Assembly: GCA_029260965.1 (NCBI GenBank)
Contig: JAJDCG010000001.1
Location: forward strand, 184,012-248,011
Length of the DNA: 64,000 nucleotides
Reading direction: 5' to 3'
DNA from: Candidatus Levyibacteriota bacterium
GTDB lineage: Bacteria; Patescibacteriota; Microgenomatia; Levybacterales; UBA12049
Shown one piece after another: positions 48,481 to 56,912 of this stretch. A program made the position numbers and the translations under genes. Numbering within the stretch: position 1 is the first letter of the stretch; every line of letters begins with the position of its first letter. The notes under the pieces are model-generated. The model worked only from the letters and a program-made list of their open reading frames with translations, was not told the DNA's origin and ran no database searches.

Positions 48481-50286
48481 ATGCTAGATATAGATTTTTT
48501 AAGAAAAAAAGATTTTAAGATAGTAACTGTTGGGAGTCATCCTGGCATCATCCAGTCAATCCTTGATTTTGATTATTTGGCTGGTAAAAAAGAACCAAGC
48601 CTGATTGGGATAATTGCAAACGGGAGAAAATTTGAGAGATATTTTTTTGGTAAAAAAGAAGTGCTTATTCCTGTTTTTGCAACAGTTAGTGATATCTCAG
48701 AACATCTAAAAAAGGAAATTTCGCTGTTCTTAAATTTTTCCTCAGGTCGACGTGTTTTTTCATCCACTATGGAGGTTTTGGAGACATTTCCAAATCTTTT
48801 GGGAGGATCAATATTTGCAGAAAATGTACCCGAGATTCATTCACTAAAAACCTGGGCAAAGATAAAAAACAAAGACATTTTCATAATTGGTCCTGCAAGT
48901 GTGGGATTGATCATACCAGGGTTTCTCAAGATGGGTGCAGCAGGAGGAGTTAATTATAGGCAGCTTATTAACGCGAAGCTTTTGGATCAGGGCTCGGTTG
49001 CGGTATTATCTGGATCAGGAGGGATGACAAATGAAATCATAAATACGGTGACAGGATTTGGTGGTAGAGTATCGTTTGCGCTTTCTTTTGGGGGTGAAAG
49101 ATTTCCTATTCTTTCACCAGAAAATGCTTTTTTGGCAGCTGAGCGTGATCCTGCAACAAAAATTGTTGTGTATTTTGGTGAATTGGGGGGTACCGACGAG
49201 TATGATCTAAGTGAGCTTCTGAAGTCAAAAAAAGTCAGTAAAAAGGTTGTTTGTTATATCGCAGGGTCTGTTGCTGAGATGTTTGATGCTCCACCCCAAT
49301 TTGGTCATGCTAAAGCACTAGCAGAAAGTCAGGAGGAAACAGCTCGGGGAAAAAGAGAAATTCTTAAAAAGGCAGGGGCAAAAGTTGCCCAAACTTATCA
49401 GGAGTTTCTGGATTATATAAAGGATGAGACAGAGGTTTATGACACGCCTAAAAAAGAGTATAATACTCATATGGTTGAGCTGAATGATAGAAAAAAAGCA
49501 CTCGTGACAAGTGGCATCTCAGGTGATAAAAACGGTAATCCACAGCTTTTGGGAGAGGATCTTTTGGAATTTGCGAGCAAAAATTCATTTGCTAGTATTG
49601 CTTCTTCTCTTTTTCTCGGAAAAAAAATAAAATCCAAAGAACTCGAGGAATTTGTTGACTTTGTTTTAAGACTTTTGGTAGATCATGGACCATATGTTTC
49701 AGGTGCTGTTAATACTATTGTCACAGCACGTGCAGGGCGAGATCTTGTCTCATCTCTAGCAGCTGGTCTTCTGACAATAGGACCGAGATTTGGCGGAGCA
49801 ATAAATGAGGCAGCTGGTAACTGGTTGTTGGGTGTTAAAAGTGGGAAAAGTGTCGTGGATTTTGTTGAAGGGTTTGCTAGTAGAAAAGTCTATATTTCAG
49901 GAATCGGTCATAAAAAGTATAGGTCTGATTTTCCTGATCCTAGAGTCGCTGAGCTTTTGAAATTCGCGGACAAACTTTCAGAAAAAAGATTTACAAAATT
50001 TGCACTCGATGTGGAGAAGACAACAACTGCCAAAAAAGGAAACCTCATTCTCAATGTAGATGGTGCGATCGCTGCGGTGATGCTTGATATATTGTCTGAT
50101 AAAGAGAAAATGTCTGATGAGGAGCTGCAAAAACTTGCAGATATAGAGTTTTTTAATTCAATTTTTGTTCTTTCTCGCTCGGTTGGATTTATCTCACACT
50201 TTTTGGATCAAAAAAGGCTTGATGAGGGAATCTTCAGGCTCCCCGAGGATATGGTTCTTGAGACCGATGTGCTCAGGAAGAAATAG
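48481..50286 (+). CDS. aclA: ATP-citrate lyase large (alpha) subunit: CoA-binding/phosphohistidine domain plus citrate-synthase-like domain
   Basis: 601 aa. LDFDY, IIGPA.VG, QFGHA (phospho-His motif). C-terminal HGPYVSGAVNTIVTARAGRDLVSSLAAGLLTIGPRFGGA ... LILNVDGAIA ... FISHFLDQKRL match the ACLY CS-like domain to its end. Confidence 0.85.
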   Translation: MLDIDFLRKKDFKIVTVGSHPGIIQSILDFDYLAGKKEPSLIGIIANGRKFERYFFGKKEVLIPVFATVSDISEHLKKEISLFLNFSSGRRVFSSTMEVLETFPNLLGGSIFAENVPEIHSLKTWAKIKNKDIFIIGPASVGLIIPGFLKMGAAGGVNYRQLINAKLLDQGSVAVLSGSGGMTNEIINTVTGFGGRVSFALSFGGERFPILSPENAFLAAERDPATKIVVYFGELGGTDEYDLSELLKSKKVSKKVVCYIAGSVAEMFDAPPQFGHAKALAESQEETARGKREILKKAGAKVAQTYQEFLDYIKDETEVYDTPKKEYNTHMVELNDRKKALVTSGISGDKNGNPQLLGEDLLEFASKNSFASIASSLFLGKKIKSKELEEFVDFVLRLLVDHGPYVSGAVNTIVTARAGRDLVSSLAAGLLTIGPRFGGAINEAAGNWLLGVKSGKSVVDFVEGFASRKVYISGIGHKKYRSDFPDPRVAELLKFADKLSEKRFTKFALDVEKTTTAKKGNLILNVDGAIAAVMLDILSDKEKMSDEELQKLADIEFFNSIFVLSRSVGFISHFLDQKRLDEGIFRLPEDMVLETDVLRKK

Positions 50287-50298
50287 AGCTTCAATGTC

Positions 50299-51261
50299 AT
50301 GATTATTCACGAAAATTTTCCAATTTCAGATATTACATGGTATGAGATTGGTGGTAAAGCGCGTTATTTGATTGTTTGTAAGAGTAAGACTGACATTCTA
50401 GAAGCATTCGACTTTGTTAAAGAAAAGAAGGCAAAGAAATTTTTTGTCTTTGGCATGGGAACGAATCTCATTTTTACAGATGGGTATTTTGATGGGGTAG
50501 TAATTAAGCTAGATTCTTCAGACCAGAATGACATCAGTATAGAAAACGAAGAGGTTGAGGTTTTTGCAGGAGTTGAGTTTGATGATTTGATTCAGTTTTC
50601 ATTCAGTCATAATTTAACAGGGCTTGAATGGGGAGGAGGACTTCCAGGAACTGTTGGTGGGGCAGTCAGGGGAAATGCAGGTGCGTATGGTGGCGAGGTA
50701 AAGGATAATTTGGAGTCAATCCAAGCACTAGACATCACAGCAAAGATTCCGGAGTTGAGAACTCTAACAAATAAGGATCTTGATTTTTCCTATAGAAATA
50801 GTTTTATCAAACAAAATAGAAATCTGATTGTGATTTCCGCGAAATTTCGTTTGAAAAAAGTTGATAACACTGATCTGGATGAATCAAGACAAACATATGA
50901 AAAAAATATCCAGACACGAAAAGAAAAACATCCCCTGGAGTATCCCAATACAGGATCAGTTTTTATAAATCCTAGAACACAAGAAGAGATAGGGAGGATA
51001 ATGTCAGTTTATCCAGACTTGCGAGAAAGCGTAGAAAATAGATGGTATGGAAAAGTGGCAGTTGCATCATTAATCGATAGATGGGGTCTAAAAGGTCTTC
51101 GTATTGGGAATGCTCAGATTTCTAAAAAGCATGCTTTATTTATAGTCAATTTAGGCGGAGCTAGGGCTGCAGATGTGCTTGAGATTATAGATACAGTTAA
51201 GAAAAAGTTTTTTGCGACATTTGGATTTGAGCTCAAGACTGAGGTTGAGATAGTAATTTAG
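50299..51261 (+). CDS. murB: UDP-N-acetylenolpyruvoylglucosamine reductase MurB
   Basis: 320 aa. FAD-binding N-domain (GGKARYLI, FVFGMGTNL) and GLEWGGGLPGTVGGAV motif. Confidence 0.9.
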   Translation: MIIHENFPISDITWYEIGGKARYLIVCKSKTDILEAFDFVKEKKAKKFFVFGMGTNLIFTDGYFDGVVIKLDSSDQNDISIENEEVEVFAGVEFDDLIQFSFSHNLTGLEWGGGLPGTVGGAVRGNAGAYGGEVKDNLESIQALDITAKIPELRTLTNKDLDFSYRNSFIKQNRNLIVISAKFRLKKVDNTDLDESRQTYEKNIQTRKEKHPLEYPNTGSVFINPRTQEEIGRIMSVYPDLRESVENRWYGKVAVASLIDRWGLKGLRIGNAQISKKHALFIVNLGGARAADVLEIIDTVKKKFFATFGFELKTEVEIVI

Positions 51262-51346
51262 ACCATTGCAATCATAAAATTTATCTGATAATATTTATCC
51301 AGATCATGAAATCAATATTCGTTTATCCAGTCATCGCAAAGAAGAA

Positions 51347-51417
51347 CCTCTCTCTGAGAGGGTAGCTTTGTTGGTGATTTTCAAGAAATGCTACCCCTCA
51401 CTAAAGAGGGGTTTTTT
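51347..51417 (+). promoter_or_regulatory. Leader with mutually exclusive hairpins (terminator cccctc-actaaa-gagggg-TTTTTT at 51394-51417 plus upstream antiterminator-like pairing)
   Basis: Segments read directly: A cctctctc, B gagagggtagc, C gctacccctc, D gagggg+T6. A pairs with B, B with C, and C with D. It lies 35 nt upstream of the 51456 gene and the lysK fusion. Confidence 0.45.
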
Positions 51418-51455
51418 AGTGGTAAGTTTTGGGGCAAAAAAGGCGGTGAAGGTTT

Positions 51456-51818
51456 ATGTTAAATATACAAATGCAAAAAAAAGACGACGGACGAGATCAT
51501 GTCTTGATAAATGCTCACAAGCTATTAAGGCAGGAATTTGAAATGTTGGAGAATTTTGCTGATAAAACCCTTGCGGGTGAAAGAGTAAAGAAATTAGTTA
51601 AAAACCATATAGCAAATTACCTGGGGGAGGGTAGTAGTCGTGGGTTTATTTCATTTATATATGGAGGAGTTGAAAAATTTTTGAGTTTGAGAGATGGTGA
51701 AATATATGCTTTGAACCCTGCAATTGACATGGGAAAAATTGAGCCTTTATCGCATGAAGAATGGTTTGATGCCAGGGAGGAAATTTTGGAACAGATTACT
51801 TCATTAAAATATTACTGA
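51456..51818 (+). CDS. Hypothetical protein
   Basis: 120-aa ORF with a ggtgaagg RBS. First gene after the leader structure. No motif recognised. Confidence 0.55.
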   Translation: MLNIQMQKKDDGRDHVLINAHKLLRQEFEMLENFADKTLAGERVKKLVKNHIANYLGEGSSRGFISFIYGGVEKFLSLRDGEIYALNPAIDMGKIEPLSHEEWFDAREEILEQITSLKYY

Positions 51819-51860
51819 TTTTCCCTGCCTTAACAAAGATAGGTATTTCAACTATAATCA

Positions 51861-54107
51861 ATGCATATGTTCTGGGCTGATGAATTATTGGGAAACAGAA
51901 AAGGTGATGAGTGGGTTAATGATGCATGGACACCATCGGGCATTGTGCATATGGGAGGCCTAAAAGGCCCTATGATCCATGATGTTTTGAGTCGCATCTT
52001 AAAGGATAAAAAAGTTAAGACAAAATATACATTTGGATTTGATGATATGGATCCAATTGACGGATTGCCTCAAGATCTTCATGAGTCGCATGAGAAATAC
52101 ATGGGAATGCCAATTTATATTGCTCCTGGACCAGATGGGAAGGGAACATTTGGGGAGTATTACAGCAACAAAATGAGCCATCTTTTCAAATTGCTAGGAA
52201 TTGAAGCAGAGATATATTTGGCTCATGAATACTACAAAAAGGGAATCTATAACGATGCGATTAAATTGGTATTAGATAATTCAGGAAAAGTTAGGAAAGT
52301 TTATGAAGAGATGTATAAAAAATCCATAAGTAATGATTGGTATCCTTTTCAGATAATTTGTCCGGAGTGTGGTAAGTTGGGAACGACAAAAGTAGTCGGA
52401 TGGGATGGTAAGGAGGTTGAATTTGTCTGCTCAGAGGATCTTGTCAAATGGGCACATGGTTGCGGAGCAGAGGGTAGAATTTCACCATTTAATGGTAATG
52501 GAAAAATTCCATTCAAGGTCGAGTGGGCTGCAAAGTGGTGGGTGTTTGGAGTGACGATTGAAGGTGCTGGAAAAGATCATGCTTCCGCAGGAGGCACTTA
52601 TGATGTAGCAAGAAAAATTGTCAAAGACGTTTTTGGTAAGGATCCACCCCTAAAGCTTCCTTATGAGTTTTTTTTATCACATGGGAGAAAAATGTCATCG
52701 TCAAAAGGACTAGGCCTTACAGGAGAAGAGCTTTTGGAAGTTTTGCCGGCTGAGTTGGTAAGATTTTTGATGATAAAGAATCATCCAAACAGAGCAGTTG
52801 AATTTGAACCAAAAGGAACGGATATAATTCCTAAATTGTATGATGATTATCAAAAAGCAGCGGATGCATATTTTGAAAAAACAGATGAGGATCTTGCTCG
52901 TATTTTTGAACTTTCACAAATAGGTGAGGTTAAAAAACCGCCGAGCGTTCGGTTTTCGGCTCTGGCTCAATGGGTGCAGATGCCCAATATGAGTGGTGCG
53001 ATAAAAAAAGAAAATGCAGAAGAATGGGCAAAGTATGCAAGAGTTTGGATTGAGAAATTTGCGCCCGAGTCAGAAAAGTTTGTTGTCTCGGAAAGTCTTC
53101 CCGAATTAGCAAAAGAGCTAACTGAACAGCAAAAAAATTTATTGAAAAAAATAGCAGAAGAGCTTGACAAAGACTGGGATGCAGAAGAGTTCCAGACAAA
53201 AATTTATGATTTAGGAAAAGAACTTAGCCTAAAAGGTAAAGAGACTTTTTCGGCAATTTATTTGTCATTAATAGGCAAAGATCACGGACCAAAGGCAGCA
53301 TGGCTCATCCTCTCTCTTGATAAAGATTTTGTGAAAAAAAGATTTAATGAAACAGCGGTGAAGGTTGAAAAGTTAAACATTAAAGATGAAGAAAATACTA
53401 ATATTGAATTTTTAAAAAAGCCTGAAATTTTTTCTATAGATTTAGGATTGTTTGAAAAGCATCCATCAATTTCTGTCGGAGTAGCTCTCATAAAAGGTGT
53501 TAGAATTGAAAAAACAAATCCGGATCTCGAGAAGGAGAAAAGCCAGTTCTTAAATTCTCTGACTGGATTGACTACCCAAGAGTTGGGACAGTATCCAGAA
53601 ATTGTTAGTTATCGTAATCTTTATAAAGAAATGGGGGTTGACTGGCACTCCAGGCGTCCAAGTCCTGAAGCGCTTCTACGTCGGGTAGCTTTGAACAAAG
53701 GCTTATACACTATAAATACAGCAGTCGATGCCTATAATCTGGTAGTTATGAAGCATAGAGTTTCAATTGGTGCCTTTGATCTGGACAAGCTAGAATTTCC
53801 GACAGTGCTGAGATTTGCAGGGGAGGGTGAGGAGATACATCTTCTTGGAGATAAAGAGCCTACCGCATACAAAGAAGGAGAAATAGCTTATTTTGATCAA
53901 AATGGTGGATTTAATATGGACTTTAATTATCGTGATGCCAAAAGAACCGCAGTTACAGAATCTACGAAGAATCTTTATATAAATGTTGATGGAGCTTATG
54001 ACATTTCTCCTAAAAAAGTTGAAGAAGTTCTAAGAGATGCAATTGAGATAATTATAAAATACTGCGGTGGAGAATTAGAAGTATTTGGACTTGAAAAAAT
54101 ACATTAG
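51861..54107 (+). CDS. lysK: Class I lysyl-tRNA synthetase fused to a C-terminal B3/4-like (COG3382-type) domain
   Basis: The N-terminal ~520 aa match archaeal-type LysRS-I (FWADELLG, TPSGIVHMGG [HIGH-like], CPECG zinc motif, EGAGKDH, KMSSSKG [KMSKS]). The C-terminal ~220 aa (PSPEALLRRVALNKGLYTINTAVDAYN...) resemble the PheT B3/4 domain family. Confidence 0.85.
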   Translation: MHMFWADELLGNRKGDEWVNDAWTPSGIVHMGGLKGPMIHDVLSRILKDKKVKTKYTFGFDDMDPIDGLPQDLHESHEKYMGMPIYIAPGPDGKGTFGEYYSNKMSHLFKLLGIEAEIYLAHEYYKKGIYNDAIKLVLDNSGKVRKVYEEMYKKSISNDWYPFQIICPECGKLGTTKVVGWDGKEVEFVCSEDLVKWAHGCGAEGRISPFNGNGKIPFKVEWAAKWWVFGVTIEGAGKDHASAGGTYDVARKIVKDVFGKDPPLKLPYEFFLSHGRKMSSSKGLGLTGEELLEVLPAELVRFLMIKNHPNRAVEFEPKGTDIIPKLYDDYQKAADAYFEKTDEDLARIFELSQIGEVKKPPSVRFSALAQWVQMPNMSGAIKKENAEEWAKYARVWIEKFAPESEKFVVSESLPELAKELTEQQKNLLKKIAEELDKDWDAEEFQTKIYDLGKELSLKGKETFSAIYLSLIGKDHGPKAAWLILSLDKDFVKKRFNETAVKVEKLNIKDEENTNIEFLKKPEIFSIDLGLFEKHPSISVGVALIKGVRIEKTNPDLEKEKSQFLNSLTGLTTQELGQYPEIVSYRNLYKEMGVDWHSRRPSPEALLRRVALNKGLYTINTAVDAYNLVVMKHRVSIGAFDLDKLEFPTVLRFAGEGEEIHLLGDKEPTAYKEGEIAYFDQNGGFNMDFNYRDAKRTAVTESTKNLYINVDGAYDISPKKVEEVLRDAIEIIIKYCGGELEVFGLEKIH

Positions 54108-54114
54108 TAATGAT

Positions 54115-54140
54115 ACTCTAATACTGCGCCGTATTAGAGT
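54115..54140. repeat. 26-bp repeat copy 1; contains a perfect palindrome ctctaatac-tgcgcc-gtattagag
   Basis: Read directly: actctaatactgcgccgtattagagt, starting 8 nt after the lysK stop. Confidence 0.9.
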
Positions 54141-54150
54141 GTAGCAAACT

Positions 54151-54618
54151 ATGCCTAAAGTATCTCGTATTAAAATTGATTCCAAGCATATGGGATATTA
54201 TATTAATAACTTCTGGAGCCTTATTACGCATCTTGAAAACAAGGAACAAGTCAAAATCTTTCTCAAAGATCTTCTTACTCATACTGAAATGAAAATGCTT
54301 TCCAAAAGAATCCAGATAGCAAAAATGCTTCTTGAAGGATACACATATCAGGAAATAAAAGGATATGTAAAGGTTACAGATTCAACAATTTCAAAAATAA
54401 ACAACATTTTGTCTGTTGATGGTGAAGGGTTAAAAACGGCAGTCAAATATTTGCATAAGATTGAAATGGATATAGAAAGGAAAATGATGCAATCAGGATC
54501 AAGTGTAAAAGAAAAATACCCGGAATATTTTTTACTTGATAGACTAGTACAGGGTGCCGGAAAAGAGTTAAAAAAGCGTAAGAAAAGAAAATCTGCCGTA
54601 AAAGATTTATCACTCTAA
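54151..54618 (+). CDS. TrpR/YerC-YecD-family helix-turn-helix protein (extended, 155 aa)
   Basis: LTHTEMKMLSKRIQIAKMLLEGYTYQEIKGYVKVTDSTISKINN matches the TrpR-like YerC/YecD HTH region. Basic C-terminal tail. Confidence 0.6.
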   Translation: MPKVSRIKIDSKHMGYYINNFWSLITHLENKEQVKIFLKDLLTHTEMKMLSKRIQIAKMLLEGYTYQEIKGYVKVTDSTISKINNILSVDGEGLKTAVKYLHKIEMDIERKMMQSGSSVKEKYPEYFLLDRLVQGAGKELKKRKKRKSAVKDLSL

Positions 54619-54637
54619 TACTGCGCCGTATTAGAGT
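54612..54637. repeat. 26-bp repeat copy 2 (identical to 54115-54140), overlapping the stop codon of the YerC-like gene
   Basis: Read directly: identical 26-mer actctaatactgcgccgtattagagt. Confidence 0.9.
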
Positions 54638-54703
54638 ATAACGAGTCTGGGATGTTGCAGTGATGATTAAGATTGGAGATTATACTAATATGTTGATAAT
54701 AAG

Positions 54704-55303
54704 ATGAAGAAACTTTTGATTGCGACTTTTAATAATGGGAAAATAAAAGATTACAAAGAATTTCTTTCCGATTTACCCTTAGCACTTGTAACGCTATCGG
54801 ATCTGGGAATCCAACAGGATTTTGATGAGGTGTTTGATACCTTTGAAGAAAATGCTCGTGCTAAGGCGGAGTTTTATGCAAAACTTTCAGGACTACCCGC
54901 ACTTTCTGATGACAGTGGTATTGAGATACCCTATTACGACATGGGCCCTGGTGTGCATACCAAGAGATGGAATGGTGATGATTTTGATGAAGAACGCTAT
55001 ATTAATTTTATAGTCAATAAAATAAAGGCTATACCTGCAGACAGACGAGAAGCACAATTAAGGGCAGTTCTAGCACTATATATAAACGGCAAAATTTACC
55101 TATCAGAAACAAAGATAAAGGGTTATTTGACGCCTGTTGTTTATAAAGGGTCTACAAAGGATTATCCATGGGATAAAGTATTTATAATACCTGAGGAAAA
55201 TAAATATTATGAAGAATTGGATGATGAAGAAAACTACAAGTATAGCCACCGCCGGATTGGGCTTGAGAGACTACAAAACACTATAAAGGAGGAACTGCTA
55301 TGA
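54704..55303 (+). CDS. rdgB: Non-canonical purine NTP pyrophosphatase (Ham1/RdgB family)
   Basis: 199 aa. ATFNNGKIKDYKEF N-terminal motif. TFEENARAKA and SDDSGIEI motifs of the ITPase family. Confidence 0.85.
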   Translation: MKKLLIATFNNGKIKDYKEFLSDLPLALVTLSDLGIQQDFDEVFDTFEENARAKAEFYAKLSGLPALSDDSGIEIPYYDMGPGVHTKRWNGDDFDEERYINFIVNKIKAIPADRREAQLRAVLALYINGKIYLSETKIKGYLTPVVYKGSTKDYPWDKVFIIPEENKYYEELDDEENYKYSHRRIGLERLQNTIKEELL

Positions 55304-55878
55304 AAGAAGTTGCGTTTATCATCCCGGGGTTTGGGTAGGGTTCAAGCGATCCTATATATAAAAAGATTGCCTCGTTTTTTGCAGAGAAAGGAATAGAACC
55401 AATTCCTGTAAGAATTGATTGGAAAAATAGAGTGATGTCTGACTATGTTGAAGAATTTCTAAAAAAGTATGAAGAAAGTTCAGCAGATAAGATATATTTT
55501 TTCGGATTTTCATTTGGTGCATACATTGCCCTTGTTGCATCAAGTAGGGTAAGGGTAGATGCGCAAATACTTTGCTCTATTTCTCCATATTTTATAGAAG
55601 ATATCCCTTATCTTAAAAGCTCATGGAAGAAATTATTTGGCAAGAACAGAATAAAGGATTTTAAGAAATTTAAGTCATCTGATATAGCATCAAATGTTAA
55701 TACTGATACCTTCATGCTTTATGGAGATAATGAAGTTAGCATGGTTAAGACTAGGGCTCTGGATATACATAAAAGCCTAAAGTGTGATAAGCATGTTGTT
55801 TCTGTGACTGATGCAAGGCACGATCTTGAAAGCGGAAAATACCTTAGGGAAATAGAGAGGATTATTAGAAGTTTATAA
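55300..55878 (+). pseudogene. Alpha/beta-hydrolase gene interrupted by an in-frame TAG at 55336-55338 (12 codons after the start)
   Basis: The ATG at 55300 (ATGA overlap with the rdgB stop) gives MKEVAFIIPGFG-TAG-GSSDPIYKK..., continuing in the same frame into the track ORF 55432..55878 (FFGFSFGAYIAL nucleophile-elbow-like). Confidence 0.55.
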
Positions 55879-56066
55879 TTGTAATTTGTGAATGTTTTTT
55901 TTCTTTTCTCTCATCTGTAAAAAGGAACATTGTCAATGCAACAGTAGTTAGCGTCATAAATGTTGCCCGGCTATTGAATATTTTGATAAAAGTCATTCTG
56001 TTCTATTTATTAACTTCTCGATAGATTGTCAATCGTGCTCAGGTTTGATAACATAGATTATCAGCC

Positions 56067-56903
56067 ATGAAAAAAGTTTTCCTTATTCTGATCCTTTCAT
56101 TTTTTATATCAATTTTTCTCTTCTTTGCCTTTAGATATTTTATCTCAACAACATCACCCAGAGGAGCACTACAGGTGACTTCGTCACCACAAGCACGGGT
56201 ATATCTGGATGATCAGTTTATAGGCGAAACACCCCTTTGCAGGTGCGAAGCCGATGAGATGGTTGAATCAGGAGATTACACGATCAGATTGGAACCGATT
56301 GGGAGCGGGTTGGCCCAGTTCCAGGAAAAAATTAATGTTTCAAAAGGTGTTTTGACAGTAGTTGATAGGACATTTGGTAAGGGAAGCCTCTCTGAGGGAA
56401 GTGTTATATCCCTGTCACCAATATTGGAAAAGGAAAAAACAGAATTGCTCGTAGTTTCGTTTCCTGAAGGCTCAACAGCCCTTCTAGATAATAGTGAGAT
56501 AGGGAAGACACCATTGCTTTTTGAAAACCCTACTGAGTCAGACCATATTCTCACTATCAAAAAGGAGGGATACTCCGAGAAGACTATCAGGGTAAGGACC
56601 CCTAAAGGATACAAGCTTACTGTTGCTGTGTATTTAAGCACAGGAGAAAAGGGAGTGAATAATGTGATTAATGAATCCCCGTCTGTAGCTTCTGATATAG
56701 TGACAGAAAAAGTAATAATCCTGCAGACACCTACAGGATTTTTAAGGGTCAGGTCATCAGGTGGTCTTAATTCTTCTGAAATCGGTCAGGTTAAACCTGG
56801 TGAAGTGCTTGATTTGATAAGTGAAGAAAATGGTTGGTACCAGATAAAATTATCAGATGGAAGCGTAGGGTGGGTTAGTAGTGATTATGCTGAAAAGGAA
56901 TAG
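56067..56903 (+). CDS. Membrane-anchored protein with two PEGA-like domains and a C-terminal bacterial SH3 (SH3b) domain
   Basis: N-terminal TM. ARVYLDDQFIGETPL and STALLDNSEIGKTPLLF (PEGA-like). C-terminal GWYQIKLSDGSVGWVSSDY (SH3b-like). Confidence 0.65.
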   Translation: MKKVFLILILSFFISIFLFFAFRYFISTTSPRGALQVTSSPQARVYLDDQFIGETPLCRCEADEMVESGDYTIRLEPIGSGLAQFQEKINVSKGVLTVVDRTFGKGSLSEGSVISLSPILEKEKTELLVVSFPEGSTALLDNSEIGKTPLLFENPTESDHILTIKKEGYSEKTIRVRTPKGYKLTVAVYLSTGEKGVNNVINESPSVASDIVTEKVIILQTPTGFLRVRSSGGLNSSEIGQVKPGEVLDLISEENGWYQIKLSDGSVGWVSSDYAEKE

Positions 56904-56912
56904 AGGCTTGAC

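Noticed and set aside
51262-51455. Calling the lysK-operon leader a T-box riboswitch
   Set aside because: It has an AGGGU start of the antiterminator strand, but no recognisable full T-box consensus or specifier loop could be identified by eye. It is kept as a generic attenuator-like structure.
55300-55338. Possibility that the in-frame TAG reflects a reassigned genetic code, or that UGA is recoded as in some CPR
   Set aside because: TAG, TGA and TAA all terminate well-supported genes here (lysK ends TAG, rdgB ends TGA, tuf ends TAA) at positions matching homologue C-termini. The standard code is retained.
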